Below are positions 31,749 through 42,698 of a stretch of 64,000 bases of DNA, piece by piece. This stretch comes from an uncultured Pseudomonadota bacterium (GTDB lineage Bacteria > Myxococcota_A > Polyangia > Fen-1088). The DNA lies in contig CAWKBC010000017.1 in assembly GCA_963847705.1 (NCBI GenBank), forward strand, positions 64,001 through 128,000. Reading direction: 5' to 3'. Numbering within the stretch: the first letter of the stretch is position 1; the number at the start of each line of letters is the position of its first letter. Position numbers and translations under genes: made by a program. The notes beneath the pieces are model-generated. The model saw nothing but the letters and a program-made list of their open reading frames with translations, ran no database searches and was not told the DNA's origin.

Positions 31749-32806
31749 CCCCGGCCGGCGTCTCGGCGCGCGAGCACATCGTCTGCGTCGACGACGAGGA
31801 GGGGATTCTGGCGGCGTTGCGCCAGCAGCTCTCCGCCCGCTTCGGCAACGAGTGCGACATCGCCGTCGCTAAGAACGCGCGCGAGGCGCTGGAGCTCATC
31901 GAAGATCTGCAGCAGGACGGCGAGCAGATCGCGGTGGTGATCGCCGATCAGATCATGCCGGGCATGAAGGGCGTCGAGCTGCTCGAGGAGGTCCACCGGC
32001 GCAGCCCCAAGACGGTGAAGATCCTGCTGACCGGCCAGGCCGGCCTCGACGCGGTCGTCTACGCCATCAACAAGGCGGGGCTCGATCAGTACATCCCCAA
32101 ACCCTGGGACGAGCCCGACCTGCGCCTCACCATCCAGAGCCTGCTGTCGCGCTTTCGCCTGGAGCGTGAGCGCGTCGAGCTCCTGGCCGAGCTGCGCGAG
32201 AAGAACGCCGAGCTGGCCACGCTCAACACCTCGCTGGAAGAGAAGGTCATCGAGCGCACCAAGGAGCTCGAGAACCTGAACACGCGGCTAGCCGAGCTGG
32301 CGATCACCGACGGGCTCACCGGCCTTTACAACCACCGCCACTTCCGCGAGCGGCTGTCGCTGGAGATGGAGCGCAGCAACCGGACCGGGCTGCCGCTGTC
32401 GATCCTGATGATCGACGTCGATCACTTCAAGGGCTACAACGACCGCCACGGCCACCTGGCCGGTGACAATGCCCTGCGCGGCGTCTCCAAGATCCTGCAG
32501 CACGGGCGGCGCGCCAACGATCTGGTCGCGCGCTACGGCGGCGAGGAGTTCGCCATCATCCTGCTCGACGTGGGCAAGGCGGCGGCCAAGGAGGTGGCGG
32601 AGCGGATCTGCGCCCAGATCGCCGAGTTCCCCTTCGAGTTCGGCAGCACGCAGCCGATGGGCAAGCTGACGATCTCGCTGGGCGTCGCCGCGTTTCCCGA
32701 CGACGGCGCCGAGCCGGCGCTGGTGCTGGCGGCGGCCGACCGGGCGCTGTTCTCCGCCAAGAACCACGGCCGCAACCGGGTCCGCGTCGCCGGCGCGCCC
32801 GAGTAG
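31745..32806 (+). CDS. Response regulator diguanylate cyclase (REC-coiled coil-GGDEF)
   Basis: VDDE...ADQIMPG...KPWD receiver; DGLTGLYN, DVDHFK, RAND I-site, GGEEF. Confidence 0.95.
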   Translation: MTPAGVSAREHIVCVDDEEGILAALRQQLSARFGNECDIAVAKNAREALELIEDLQQDGEQIAVVIADQIMPGMKGVELLEEVHRRSPKTVKILLTGQAGLDAVVYAINKAGLDQYIPKPWDEPDLRLTIQSLLSRFRLERERVELLAELREKNAELATLNTSLEEKVIERTKELENLNTRLAELAITDGLTGLYNHRHFRERLSLEMERSNRTGLPLSILMIDVDHFKGYNDRHGHLAGDNALRGVSKILQHGRRANDLVARYGGEEFAIILLDVGKAAAKEVAERICAQIAEFPFEFGSTQPMGKLTISLGVAAFPDDGAEPALVLAAADRALFSAKNHGRNRVRVAGAPE

Positions 32807-32824
32807 GCGAAGGAGCAGGGCGAG

Positions 32825-33817
32825 GTGAAGGTCGCCGTCCTCGGTGGCGGCGCCTGGGGCGGGGTGCTGGCGGCGGTGGCCTCGGCGCGCGGCCACGACG
32901 TTGCGCTCTGGGAGGCCGATCCGACGTCGGCCCTGGCGTTGGGGCGAGAGCGCCAGAGCCCGCGCTCGGTCCCCGGCTTCCGCCTCCCCGCGGCGGTGGC
33001 CGTGTCGGGGGACGCCGACGGGGCGGTCGCCGGTCGGGAGATGCTGGTCGTCGCCATTCCGTCGGAGCGGGTGCGCGCGACGCTGCGGCGCGCGGCACCG
33101 AAGATCGACCGTGGGACCATCGTCGTCTGCGCCTCCAAGGGTCTCGAGCCCGACAGCGGCGACACGATGATCGAGGTCCTGGGCGCCGCGTTGCCGGAGC
33201 GCCGCCCGGTCGTGCTGTCGGGTCCGAGCTTCGCGCAGGAGGTGGCGGCCGGGCTGCCGGCCGCGCTGGTGGCGGCGTCAGCCGACGCGGCCGCCGCCGC
33301 CGCCGTGCAGGCGGCGCTGGGCGGCGAGCGGCTGCGCGTCTACACCAGCGACGACGCGATCGGCGTCTGCGTGGGCGGCGCGCTCAAGAACGTCGTCGCC
33401 ATCGCGGCCGGCTGCTGCGACGGGTTCGGTCTCGGCGCCAGCGCGCGCGCCGCGCTCATCACGCGCGGCCTCGCCGAGATGGGGCGGTTGGCGGATCGCA
33501 AGGGTGGCCAGCCGCTGACGCTGGCTGGCCTGGCCGGTCTCGGGGATCTGGTGCTCACCTGCACCGGCGATCTCTCGCGCAACCGCCAGGTCGGCCTGGC
33601 GCTGGCGCGCGGCGAATCGACGGTCCAGATCGTCGCCAAGCTTGGGCACGTCGCCGAGGGGGTGGAGACCGCGCGCACCGCCCAGGCCCTGGCGGAGCGC
33701 CTCGGCGTCGACATGCCGATCACCCGGGAGGTGGCGGCGGTCCTCTTCGCCGGCAAGCCGGCGCGGGCGGCGCTGACCGATCTGCTGGCCCGCGACGTGC
33801 GACCCGAGCGGGCCTGA
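32825..33817 (+). CDS. gpsA: NAD(P)H-dependent glycerol-3-phosphate dehydrogenase
   Basis: GGGAWG, SKGLE, SGPSFA, GGALKNVVAIAAG, GLGDLVLTC, SRN. Confidence 0.96.
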   Translation: MKVAVLGGGAWGGVLAAVASARGHDVALWEADPTSALALGRERQSPRSVPGFRLPAAVAVSGDADGAVAGREMLVVAIPSERVRATLRRAAPKIDRGTIVVCASKGLEPDSGDTMIEVLGAALPERRPVVLSGPSFAQEVAAGLPAALVAASADAAAAAAVQAALGGERLRVYTSDDAIGVCVGGALKNVVAIAAGCCDGFGLGASARAALITRGLAEMGRLADRKGGQPLTLAGLAGLGDLVLTCTGDLSRNRQVGLALARGESTVQIVAKLGHVAEGVETARTAQALAERLGVDMPITREVAAVLFAGKPARAALTDLLARDVRPERA

Positions 33818-33918
33818 GGGGCCGCCCGGCTGGCACCTGGGCCCGTCCCGGCTGCTCCTCATGTTTGTTTGTAACGCCCGGCGGACTCGCCGTACGTCTT
33901 CCCCAAAGGAGGTCAAGA

Positions 33919-34659
33919 ATGACCACAGTCCACGCCGAGTCCGGTACGAACGTCCACGAGATCGCCGCCGGGATCTTTCGCATCAGTGTCCCCGTGCCGC
34001 CCAGCGCGATGCCGGGGGGATTCACCTTCAATCAGTTCCTGCTGGTCGACGACGAGCCGCTGCTCTTTCACACCGGTCCGCACAAGATGTTTCCGCTGGT
34101 GCGGCAGGCGGTCGCGCACGTCCTGGGCGACGTGACGAAGCTGAAGTGGGTCGGCTTCTCGCACGTCGAGGCTGACGAATGCGGCGCGCTCAACGAGTGG
34201 CTGGAGGCCGCGCCCCAGGCGACGCCGGTCTGCAGCCAGGTCGCGGCGATGGTCTCGGTGAGCGACTTCGCCATCCGGCCGGCGCGGGCGCTCGGGGACG
34301 GTGAGGAGCTGTCGCTGGGGGGCAAGCGCGTGCGCTGGTTCAATGCGCCGCACCTTCCGCACAACTGGGAGTGCGGCTACCTCAACGAATCGACGACGCG
34401 GACGCTCCTCTGCGGCGATCTCTTCACCCACGGTGGCGCCGACCTCCCGCCGATCACCGAGTCGGAGGTGCTGGGCCCGTCCGAGGCGTTCCGCCAGGCG
34501 ATGCCGCCCGGCAGCGTGGCGATCGAGCGGGGGAGCCGCGCCATCCTCGAGAAGCTGGCGGCAACCGAGCCGAGGACCCTCGCCTTGATGCACGGCAGCT
34601 CCTTTCGGGGCGACGGCGCGAAGCTCCTGCGCGGGATGGCCGACGCGCTCGACGCCTGA
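33919..34659 (+). CDS. MBL-fold (FprA/ODP-like) di-iron protein
   Basis: GGAGG RBS; FNQFL, SHVEADE, PHLPHNW, GDLF, MHG motifs. Confidence 0.85.
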   Translation: MTTVHAESGTNVHEIAAGIFRISVPVPPSAMPGGFTFNQFLLVDDEPLLFHTGPHKMFPLVRQAVAHVLGDVTKLKWVGFSHVEADECGALNEWLEAAPQATPVCSQVAAMVSVSDFAIRPARALGDGEELSLGGKRVRWFNAPHLPHNWECGYLNESTTRTLLCGDLFTHGGADLPPITESEVLGPSEAFRQAMPPGSVAIERGSRAILEKLAATEPRTLALMHGSSFRGDGAKLLRGMADALDA

Positions 34660-34751
34660 GGGCGGCCGGGATGTCGGGCTCCGGGCCGGCCGACTCTGGC
34701 GGCGACTGCGAACGACAGAGCCGACAGCTGCTACTATCGTCTCGCCTCTTC

Positions 34752-35342
34752 GTGAGCCCTGCAGTCAATCTTGAGACGCTCGAGATGCTCGAGGCGTCGA
34801 CCGACGCCGACCTCGTGCGGCGCGCCGCCGTCCGTGACGACGGCTGGCGCGCCGTCGAGACGGAGCTCTGTCGCCGCTTCGCCCGGCGGGTGCGGCTCTA
34901 TGGCCTCCGCCATCTGCGGGACGGGGACCGCGCGCGCGATCTGGTGCAAGCGGTCCTGCTCGCGCTGGTCGAGGCGGTCCGCGCGGAGCGCATCGAGGAG
35001 CCCGAGCACCTCGATCGCTTCGTGCTCGGAGCTTGTCGCAACGTCGTGGCGCGCATGCGCGACGGAGCGTCCCGCGCCATCCCCTTCGACCCCGCCGAGA
35101 TGGAGGTCGCCGGGGCGATGCCCACGTTCGAGCGGCTCGACACGCCGGGGCTGCTCCGGTGCATGCTGAAGCTCGATCTGCGCTCCCAGGTGGTCGTCCA
35201 GATGTGCTTTCACGACGACGCGTCGGCTGAAGAGATCGGCGCGCACCTCGGCACCAGCGCCGGCAACGTTCGGGTCCTGCGCCATCGGGCGATCGCCCAG
35301 CTCCGGAGCTGCCTCGACCGTGGCCAGGAGGCCGAAGCGTGA
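34752..35342 (+). CDS. ECF sigma factor
   Basis: DLVQAVLL region 2; SAEEIGAHLGTSAGNVRVLRHRA region 4. Start GTG 34752 or ATG 34785. Confidence 0.85.
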   Translation: MSPAVNLETLEMLEASTDADLVRRAAVRDDGWRAVETELCRRFARRVRLYGLRHLRDGDRARDLVQAVLLALVEAVRAERIEEPEHLDRFVLGACRNVVARMRDGASRAIPFDPAEMEVAGAMPTFERLDTPGLLRCMLKLDLRSQVVVQMCFHDDASAEEIGAHLGTSAGNVRVLRHRAIAQLRSCLDRGQEAEA

Positions 35343-35896
35343 GCGCGCCGTGCCCCACTCGATTGTCGTTCGAGACGCTCGTCGCCTACTGGGCCGGCGA
35401 TCTGCCGCAGACCGAGACCGACGCGGTCGATGCTCACCTCATGGGGTGCGCGAGCTGCGCGCGCGCGTCGGAGAGGATCGCCCACATCACGGAAGGGATC
35501 CGCGCCGTGATCTCCCCCTTTATCTCTGCGCGCGAGCTCGACGCCCTGCGCGCGCGGGGCCTTCGCGTCGAGGAGAACCCCGTGCGGCCCGGGGAGCGCG
35601 CGCCGGTGCTGTTCCGGCGCGACGTCGATTTGCTGATCCATCGACTCGGGGAGCTCGACCTGTCGCGAGCCGAGCGCGTGCAGGTCAGGGTCCTCTCGGA
35701 GGGAACGGGCGACCTCATGATGGAGAGTCCGGCCGTCCCTTTCGACGCCGCCGCCGGCGAGGTGTTGATCGCCTGCCAGCGTCACTTCAGCGAGCTGCCG
35801 CCCGACGTGGTCTTCGAGGTCTCGGTGATCGAGGCGGGCATCGCGACGTCCTCGGCCAGCTACATCATTCCGCACGTCTTCGAGCCCGCCCGCTAG
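35339..35896 (+). CDS. Soluble zinc-binding (ZAS, HxxxCxxC) anti-sigma factor
   Basis: AHLMGCASC motif; GTGA overlap with the sigma gene. Confidence 0.8.
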   Translation: MSAPCPTRLSFETLVAYWAGDLPQTETDAVDAHLMGCASCARASERIAHITEGIRAVISPFISARELDALRARGLRVEENPVRPGERAPVLFRRDVDLLIHRLGELDLSRAERVQVRVLSEGTGDLMMESPAVPFDAAAGEVLIACQRHFSELPPDVVFEVSVIEAGIATSSASYIIPHVFEPAR

Positions 35897-36874
<978 letters not shown>

Positions 36875-36926
36875 GGGCCCAACGATAGCAGGCGATCGCC
36901 CGCCTGCGGGGCCGTGGCTCGGCGCT

Positions 36927-37700
36927 TCAGGCCCGGCGGCGGCAGAGCGCGACGGCGGCGGCCAGCGCCGCCAGGGCGACCAGCGCCAGCAGCGCGAGGT
37001 CCATCGTCGCGGAGCCGCCAGCGGGCACCAGCGCCGCGGGCAGGGCGTCGCCGTGGAAGCCGCGCCGGATCGCCGAGACGGTGTAGGTCATCGGGTCGAG
37101 GGCCATCAACGTCCCGATCCAGTGGCTGTCGCCCGACGGCGGGAACATCGCGCCCGACAGCATCCAGAGGGGGATGAGCGCGCCCATCATGACCGCGTGA
37201 TAGCCCTGGGTCGAATCGATCCACCAGGCCATCGCGAAGCCGAGCGCGGTGAACCCGAGCGCCGACAGGGGGAGCGCCAGGGCCAAGAGCGGCCAGTTCA
37301 TGCTGGCGGCGTGAAAGCCGGCCAGCGGCGCCAGGGCCAGCAGGATCGCCGCCTGCATCGAGGCGATGGCCACGCCGCCCAGCGTCTTGCCCAGCACCAG
37401 CGCCGCGCGCGAGACCGGCGCCGCCAGCACCGCCTGCAAGAAGCCGTGGTGGCGATCCTCGATGACCGAGATGGTCGAGAAGATCGCGCTGAAGAGCAGG
37501 GTGAGCACCACGACGCCCGGGTAGAAGTAGCGGAGGTAGTCGACGCCGCTGCCGCCGGCCGGGCGGAAGCTGCCGCCGAGGCCGGCGCCCAGCACCGCCC
37601 AGAGGATCAGCGGCTGCGCGGCCGAGCCGACGATCCGGCTCGGCTGCCGGAAGAATCGCCGAAGGTCGCGCCCCGCCAGCGCGGCGACGGTGCCGATCAC
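36927..37700 (-). CDS. ABC-2 type transporter permease
   Basis: Six TMs; [29 protein letters not shown]. Confidence 0.9.
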   Translation of the reverse strand: MIGTVAALAGRDLRRFFRQPSRIVGSAAQPLILWAVLGAGLGGSFRPAGGSGVDYLRYFYPGVVVLTLLFSAIFSTISVIEDRHHGFLQAVLAAPVSRAALVLGKTLGGVAIASMQAAILLALAPLAGFHAASMNWPLLALALPLSALGFTALGFAMAWWIDSTQGYHAVMMGALIPLWMLSGAMFPPSGDSHWIGTLMALDPMTYTVSAIRRGFHGDALPAALVPAGGSATMDLALLALVALAALAAAVALCRRRA

Positions 37701-38677
37701 GAGGCCAGCCCCCGGCCGGTCAGCTTGGCGAAGACGTCGGCCAGCGTGGGGCGAGACGTCGCCAGGCTGGCCAGCCGCCCGCTGGGGAAGAGCTCAGCGA
37801 TGCGCGGGACCACCTCGGCGCCGCGCGGCGCTTCGAGCACCACGTCTCCGTCGAGAACACGGCCGGGGAGGTTCAAGCGCGCGGCGATGGTGTCGCGGAG
37901 CTCCTCGGGGCGCTCGCCGCGGACGCGAATGACGTCGCCGGCCACGCGCGCGCGCAGCTCGTCGGGCGTGCCGACGGCGGTCAGCTTGCCCCCGTCGAGG
38001 ATGGCGATCCGGTGGCAGCGCTCGGCCTCCTCGGGCTGGTGCGTGGTGACGATGACCGAGAGGCCGCGCGTCGCCACCAGCGAGACCAGCTGATCCCAGA
38101 TGCGGCGCAGCGCCTCGGGATCGACGCCGCGCCCGGGCTCGTCGAGCAGCAACAGCGACGGATCGTGCAGGAGGACGCGCGCGATCTCGATCCGCCGCCG
38201 CATCCCGCCCGAGTACTTGGCCGCCGCCTCGTCGGCGCGATCGCCGAGCTCCATGAGCGCCAGCGCGGCCTCGATCCGCTGGGCCGCCAGGGTGCGCGGC
38301 AGACCGTAGAGCGCGGCGCCGAGCCGGAGGTTCTCCCGGCCGGTCAGCTTGAGGTCGAGGCTCGGCTCTTGAAACACCACGCCGAGCCGCGCGCGGTAGC
38401 GGGCGTCGCCGCCGTCGGTTGGCTGGCCGTCGAGCGCCAGCGTTCCGGCGTGGGGCGGGATGAGGCCCGCCAGCAGACGAAAGGCGGTGGTCTTGCCGGC
38501 GCCGTTCGGACCGAGGAGGCCGAAGATCTCGCCAGGGGCAACGTCGAAGCTGAGGCCGTCGAGGGCGGTGCGCTCCTTGAACCGCCGGGTGAGGCCGGTC
38601 GCCCGAAGCCGAGGCACCCCGTCGATGGCCAAGCGCTGGGGCGCGCCCTGCGGCGCCGAAACGGCGACCGCGGTCAT
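37697..38677 (-). CDS. ABC transporter ATP-binding protein (DrrA-like)
   Basis: GPNGAGKTT, YSGGMRRR, LLLDEP; ATG at 38677. Confidence 0.93.
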   Translation of the reverse strand: MTAVAVSAPQGAPQRLAIDGVPRLRATGLTRRFKERTALDGLSFDVAPGEIFGLLGPNGAGKTTAFRLLAGLIPPHAGTLALDGQPTDGGDARYRARLGVVFQEPSLDLKLTGRENLRLGAALYGLPRTLAAQRIEAALALMELGDRADEAAAKYSGGMRRRIEIARVLLHDPSLLLLDEPGRGVDPEALRRIWDQLVSLVATRGLSVIVTTHQPEEAERCHRIAILDGGKLTAVGTPDELRARVAGDVIRVRGERPEELRDTIAARLNLPGRVLDGDVVLEAPRGAEVVPRIAELFPSGRLASLATSRPTLADVFAKLTGRGLAS

Positions 38678-40506
38678 GCGATCGTCCTGTCGATCACCAG
38701 CGCCACGAACAGCAGGGTCAGGTAGACGATCGAGTAGAGAAACAACGATCGCGCCCAGGCGTTGGCCGCCGCGCGACGGAACCCCGCCGCCGCCCAGGCG
38801 ATGAACACCGCGCCCAGCAACGCCGCGCAGGCCAGGTAGCCAAGTCCCGCCACCCGCAGGGGCTCGAGGGCGATCGTCGCCGCCACCAGGCCGACGGAGA
38901 AGAGCACGATGGTGGCGCGCGTGGCGCGCGTGGAGATCGCCAGCGGGAGCACCTTGAAGCCGGCGCGCGCGTAGTCGGCCGCGCGGTAGGTGGCGATCGC
39001 CAGGAAGTGGGGGATCTGCCAGAGGAACAGGATCGAGAAGAGCGCCAGCCCCGGCGCGTCGAGGCGACCGGTGACCGCCGTCCAGCCCATGAGCGGCGGC
39101 AGCGCGCCCGGCACCGCGCCCACGAAGAGCGCGATCGCGGAGTGGCGCTTGAGCGGCGTGTAGACGACCACGTAGCTGCCGAGCGCGGCCAGGCCCAGGA
39201 TCCCGGTCAAGAGGTTGCCGCCCAGAAAAACCAGCGGCACCGCGGTGCAGGCGCAGAGGGTGCCGAACGCCAGCGCCGTCTCGGGCGAGAGCGTCGCGCG
39301 CGGCAGGGGGCGGTCGCGCGTCCGCTCCATCAGCGGATCGACGTCTCGCTCGAGGTACATGTTGAAGGTGTTCGAGGCGGCGACCAGGAGCGCGGTGCCG
39401 ATGAGGGTCATGATCGCGCGCCAGCCGGCGATCTGCCCGGGCGCCAGCCAGAGGCCGCCGGCGAAGGTGATGATCACCATCCCGGTGATGCGCGGCTTGG
39501 CCAGCGTCACCACCGCGCGGAACCAGGCCAGGCCCGGGAAGCTGGGGAGGCCGTCGGGGCGCGCCGCGAGCACGGTGAGCACCATCGCGGCGAGCAGCGC
39601 GGTCGCCACCGCCAGGTGACTCTCGACGGTGAGGAGGTCGAGGAACGACTGCACCGAGCGAATCCCCAGCCAGATCTGGACGCCGACGAGGACCGGCGCG
39701 AGGACCGCCAGCAGCCGGAGGGCGGGCCGCGTCGCCCGCCGCAGCGTCACGATCGACGAGGCGAGGACCAGGCAGGCGACCGTGACGGCGTTCAGGCGGT
39801 GCAGCGCCTGGATGAGGACCGTCGGGTGCGCGTGCGGCCAGAGCGAGCCCCGGCAGAGCGGCACGTCGGTGCAGGCCAGCGCCGCGCCCGAGTGGCGAAC
39901 CAGGCCGCCCAGCACCATCTGGACGTAGACCGCGACGGCGGTGATGAGCGCCAGCCGACCGACGACCGGCGGGGCCGCCGCGCGCGCCACCGCGGGCCGC
40001 GATCGGACCGCGATGTAGAGCACCGTCATGAAGAACAGCAGCGACGTCGCCGTGTGCGCCGTCGATATCGGCGTGGGAAGCCGCAGGAGCACGGTGATCC
40101 CGCCGAGCAGCGCCTGCGCGAACACCAGCCCGACCGCCAGCCACCCGAAGGGACGCAGGCGGCGCAGCCCCGCGTCGCGCGTCCCGGTCAGCAAGCCAGC
40201 CAGGACCAGGGTCAGGATCACCACCGTGCCCGCCGCCAGACGGTGGCTGTGCTCGACCAGCACGCCGCCCTCCATCTTGGGCATGAACGTCCCGTAGCAG
40301 GTCGGCCAGTCGGGGCAGGCCAGGCTGGAGCCGGTGCCGTGGACCAGGCCACCGATCAGGATCAGCAGATAGGTGGCGACGGCCGTGGCCACGGCGAACC
40401 GGTGAATCCACGGCCGACCAGCCTGCTGCGGTGCCGGCGCCGGTGGCGTCGGCGGTACCGCTGGCTCTGCGCCTGAAAGCTGCGCAGCGCTACCTTCACT
40501 TGGCAT
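38674..40506 (-). CDS. ctaB: Fused heme A synthase (CtaA/COX15) and heme O synthase (CtaB/CyoE)
   Basis: N-half: GLVHGTGSSLACPDWPTC, EHSHR. C-half: KPRI, NMYLERDVD..MERT..RPLP, YTPLKR, WQIPHF. Confidence 0.92.
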   Translation of the reverse strand: MPSEGSAAQLSGAEPAVPPTPPAPAPQQAGRPWIHRFAVATAVATYLLILIGGLVHGTGSSLACPDWPTCYGTFMPKMEGGVLVEHSHRLAAGTVVILTLVLAGLLTGTRDAGLRRLRPFGWLAVGLVFAQALLGGITVLLRLPTPISTAHTATSLLFFMTVLYIAVRSRPAVARAAAPPVVGRLALITAVAVYVQMVLGGLVRHSGAALACTDVPLCRGSLWPHAHPTVLIQALHRLNAVTVACLVLASSIVTLRRATRPALRLLAVLAPVLVGVQIWLGIRSVQSFLDLLTVESHLAVATALLAAMVLTVLAARPDGLPSFPGLAWFRAVVTLAKPRITGMVIITFAGGLWLAPGQIAGWRAIMTLIGTALLVAASNTFNMYLERDVDPLMERTRDRPLPRATLSPETALAFGTLCACTAVPLVFLGGNLLTGILGLAALGSYVVVYTPLKRHSAIALFVGAVPGALPPLMGWTAVTGRLDAPGLALFSILFLWQIPHFLAIATYRAADYARAGFKVLPLAISTRATRATIVLFSVGLVAATIALEPLRVAGLGYLACAALLGAVFIAWAAAGFRRAAANAWARSLFLYSIVYLTLLFVALVIDRTIA

Positions 40507-41281
40507 CGTAAGCGAAGCTCACCTCGGTCGGTTTGTCGGCGGCCACGGTCGCCTCGGCGGTCTTGGCGCCGTAGCGCTCCTGCCAGGCGGTCAGGGTGTA
40601 CTTGCCGGCCGGCACGCCGGTGATCTTGAAGTGGCCGTCCGGACCGGTGACGGCGAAGAAGGGATTGGCGTTGACCACCACGTAGCCGGTCATCCAGGGG
40701 TGCACGTCGCACTTGAACTTGAGGATGTCGCCGGCGTCGCCGATCTTGCGCGCGATCGGCGGCAAGCCCGGGATCTCCGCCTGGTTGAACAGCGTCGAGG
40801 GCCCCTTGTAACCGTGCACGTTGTGCAGCGTCTGATCGCCGTTGCGGATGGAGATCATCTGTCCGGCCACGATCGCCTGGACGCGCGGGCGGTACATGCA
40901 GGCGCTCTGATCGAGCGCGGCGGGCGTCGCCGGCGGCTCGTAGTGGCCGGTCGCTCCGTCGGTGATGCGGACGACGACGTTGGCCAGGCCACCGGCCGGG
41001 CCCACGACGACCTCTTCTTCCCGTGTCGGCGTCTTGGCGCAGAACGGATCGGCGTCGCGCTTGGTCATCGCCATCTCGGGCGGCGTGCCGCTCAGCTTCA
41101 CCGTCCCCTCGATGACGCCGTTTCCAGCCGGAGGCGCCGCGGCGGCCGCCGGGACGGTCGCGGCGGTGGCGCCCGGCGCGACCGGCGCGGGGGCCGGGGC
41201 CGGCGGGGCCTCCGTCTTCTGGCAGGCGCCCGCCATCGTCGACACGGCGAGCGCAAAAATGGCCAGGCCCCGCTTGATCAT
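40496..41281 (-). CDS. Lipoprotein with cupredoxin-like and carboxypeptidase-regulatory-like domains
   Basis: Lipobox MAGAC; LDQSACMY.P, HNVH, CDVHPWM, VPAGKYTLTAW; TTGACG-N17-TAGCAC ends 7 nt before ATG 41281. Confidence 0.85.
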   Translation of the reverse strand: MIKRGLAIFALAVSTMAGACQKTEAPPAPAPAPVAPGATAATVPAAAAAPPAGNGVIEGTVKLSGTPPEMAMTKRDADPFCAKTPTREEEVVVGPAGGLANVVVRITDGATGHYEPPATPAALDQSACMYRPRVQAIVAGQMISIRNGDQTLHNVHGYKGPSTLFNQAEIPGLPPIARKIGDAGDILKFKCDVHPWMTGYVVVNANPFFAVTGPDGHFKITGVPAGKYTLTAWQERYGAKTAEATVAADKPTEVSFAYDAK

Positions 41282-41342
41282 GGTCGTCGTGCTAACAGGC
41301 GCCCGCCGACCCGTCAAGCACCGCAATGGCTGGGCCGGCGAG

Positions 41343-42056
41343 TCAGGCTCCGTTCGCCACCCGACCGGCCGCGGCGAGCAGCAGGTCGATCCCTTCGGGG
41401 GTGGCGGAAAAGTAGCCTCGGATGCGGAGCTGGCGGTCGATCAAGACCAGGTTCTCGCCGTGGAAGATCTGCCAGAAGTCGCCCGTGCCGTCGCCCCCGG
41501 TGTTCACCTTCTCCTTGCCCATGCCGACCTTGAAGCCGCCCACCACGGCGGCCTCGATGGCCTCGGCGGGGCCGGTCAGGAACGACCAGGCGAGCGGGTT
41601 CGCGCCGTAACGGGCCCCGTACTCGGCCAGTCGCGCCGGGGTGTCTCGCGCCGGATCGACGGAGATCGACACCAGGTGAAAATCGGGCCCCAGCTTGCGC
41701 GCCCGGCGGCCCACCTCGGCCATCTTCTGGCTGAGCAGCGGGCAGGCCTCCTGGCAGGAGGTGAAGATGAAGTCGGCGACCCAGACCCTCCCCGTGAGGT
41801 CGCGGGTGCCGAACGGCTGCCCGCGCTGATCGGTCAGCGTGAAGGCGGGCAGGGTGCCCAGGATCGCGGGCGAGGCCCCGAGGCGCCGGGTGACGGAGCG
41901 GAAGATCGGCACCCCGAACAGCAGCCCCAAGAGCGCCGCCCAGATGAGGGGATTGCCCGCCAGGCGCGCGGCGGCCGGTTGCCGGCGCGGGCGAAACCCG
42001 ACAGAGATTTCCGGGGAAGAACGTTCGGCGCGATCCGCTGAGGCGGGGGTGCTCAC
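41343..42056 (-). CDS. SCO1/SenC copper chaperone
   Basis: FIFTSCQEACP (CxxxC), SISVDP..DTP, WSFLTG, distal His in IFHG. Confidence 0.93.
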   Translation of the reverse strand: MSTPASADRAERSSPEISVGFRPRRQPAAARLAGNPLIWAALLGLLFGVPIFRSVTRRLGASPAILGTLPAFTLTDQRGQPFGTRDLTGRVWVADFIFTSCQEACPLLSQKMAEVGRRARKLGPDFHLVSISVDPARDTPARLAEYGARYGANPLAWSFLTGPAEAIEAAVVGGFKVGMGKEKVNTGGDGTGDFWQIFHGENLVLIDRQLRIRGYFSATPEGIDLLLAAAGRVANGA

Positions 42057-42144
42057 GCGTTGGTCTTCCGCCGCGTTCGGGCTTCTGTCAAGCGTCCGTC
42101 CTTGACCGGCGAGCTCTGCTCGTTTACCTCATTGAAGGTCGCTC

Positions 42145-42570
42145 ATGCGTCTGCGTGCTGGAAATCACGGGGCTTCGGCCGCCGCCAAGTCGCTCACCGT
42201 CGCGGTGATGGCGGCAGCGATGGCCGCCCAGCTGCTGTCGATCTCGCACGAGATGACGGTGCGCCACTTCCGCTGCGCCGAGCACGGCGAGCTGACGCAC
42301 GTCGCGGCGCTCACCGCGCCGGCCGCGGAGCTGCCCGCGCCGCGCGCGAATGACGCGTTCCGCGCGGGCGACGCCGAAGCGGCCGACGCGCACGAGCACT
42401 GCGGCGTCACCTTCACCGTCGAAGGGAGCTCCTGCACGCCCTCGATGGGGAGCGTGACCAGCGCGGCACCTCCGGCGGCGGCGCCTCGTCCGGCGCCCTC
42501 GGCCGTCTCCTGGCACGAGCGGTCGTTCGTCCTGGCGAGCGCCCCCAAGACCTCACCTCCCTCGGCGTAG
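42145..42570 (+). CDS. His/Cys-rich leader protein 1 ending in APKTSPP (putative metal-sensing arrest peptide)
   Basis: Hydrophobic N-segment, SHE.TVRHFRCAEHGELTH, HEHC, FVLASAPKTSPPSA; close paralog at 46262. Confidence 0.8.
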   Translation: MRLRAGNHGASAAAKSLTVAVMAAAMAAQLLSISHEMTVRHFRCAEHGELTHVAALTAPAAELPAPRANDAFRAGDAEAADAHEHCGVTFTVEGSSCTPSMGSVTSAAPPAAAPRPAPSAVSWHERSFVLASAPKTSPPSA

Positions 42571-42607
42571 CGACAGATCGTCCTCGCGCGCGGCAGAGGC
42601 GAAGATC

Positions 42608-42654
42608 GGGCTCGCCTTCGGGGCTCGCCTTCGGGGCTCGCCTTCGGGCTCGCC
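42608..42654. repeat. 13-bp tandem repeat GGGCTCGCCTTCG x3 plus partial, in the leader-to-receptor spacer
   Basis: Copies start at 42608, 42621 and 42634. Confidence 0.9.
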
Positions 42655-42698
42655 GTGCGTTTCCCAGATCCATTGCCGTCGGAGGCGTCGAGGTCCCA

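Noticed and set aside
37697-40411. 904-aa ORF as a single protein
   Set aside because: Only the last ~326 aa (from ATG 38677) is the ABC ATPase; the rest overlaps ctaAB in another frame.
42571-42698. Cobalamin or other known riboswitch before the TonB-dependent receptor
   Set aside because: I could not find a B12-box or other conserved riboswitch core; the spacer is short and repeat-filled. An Rfam scan would settle it.
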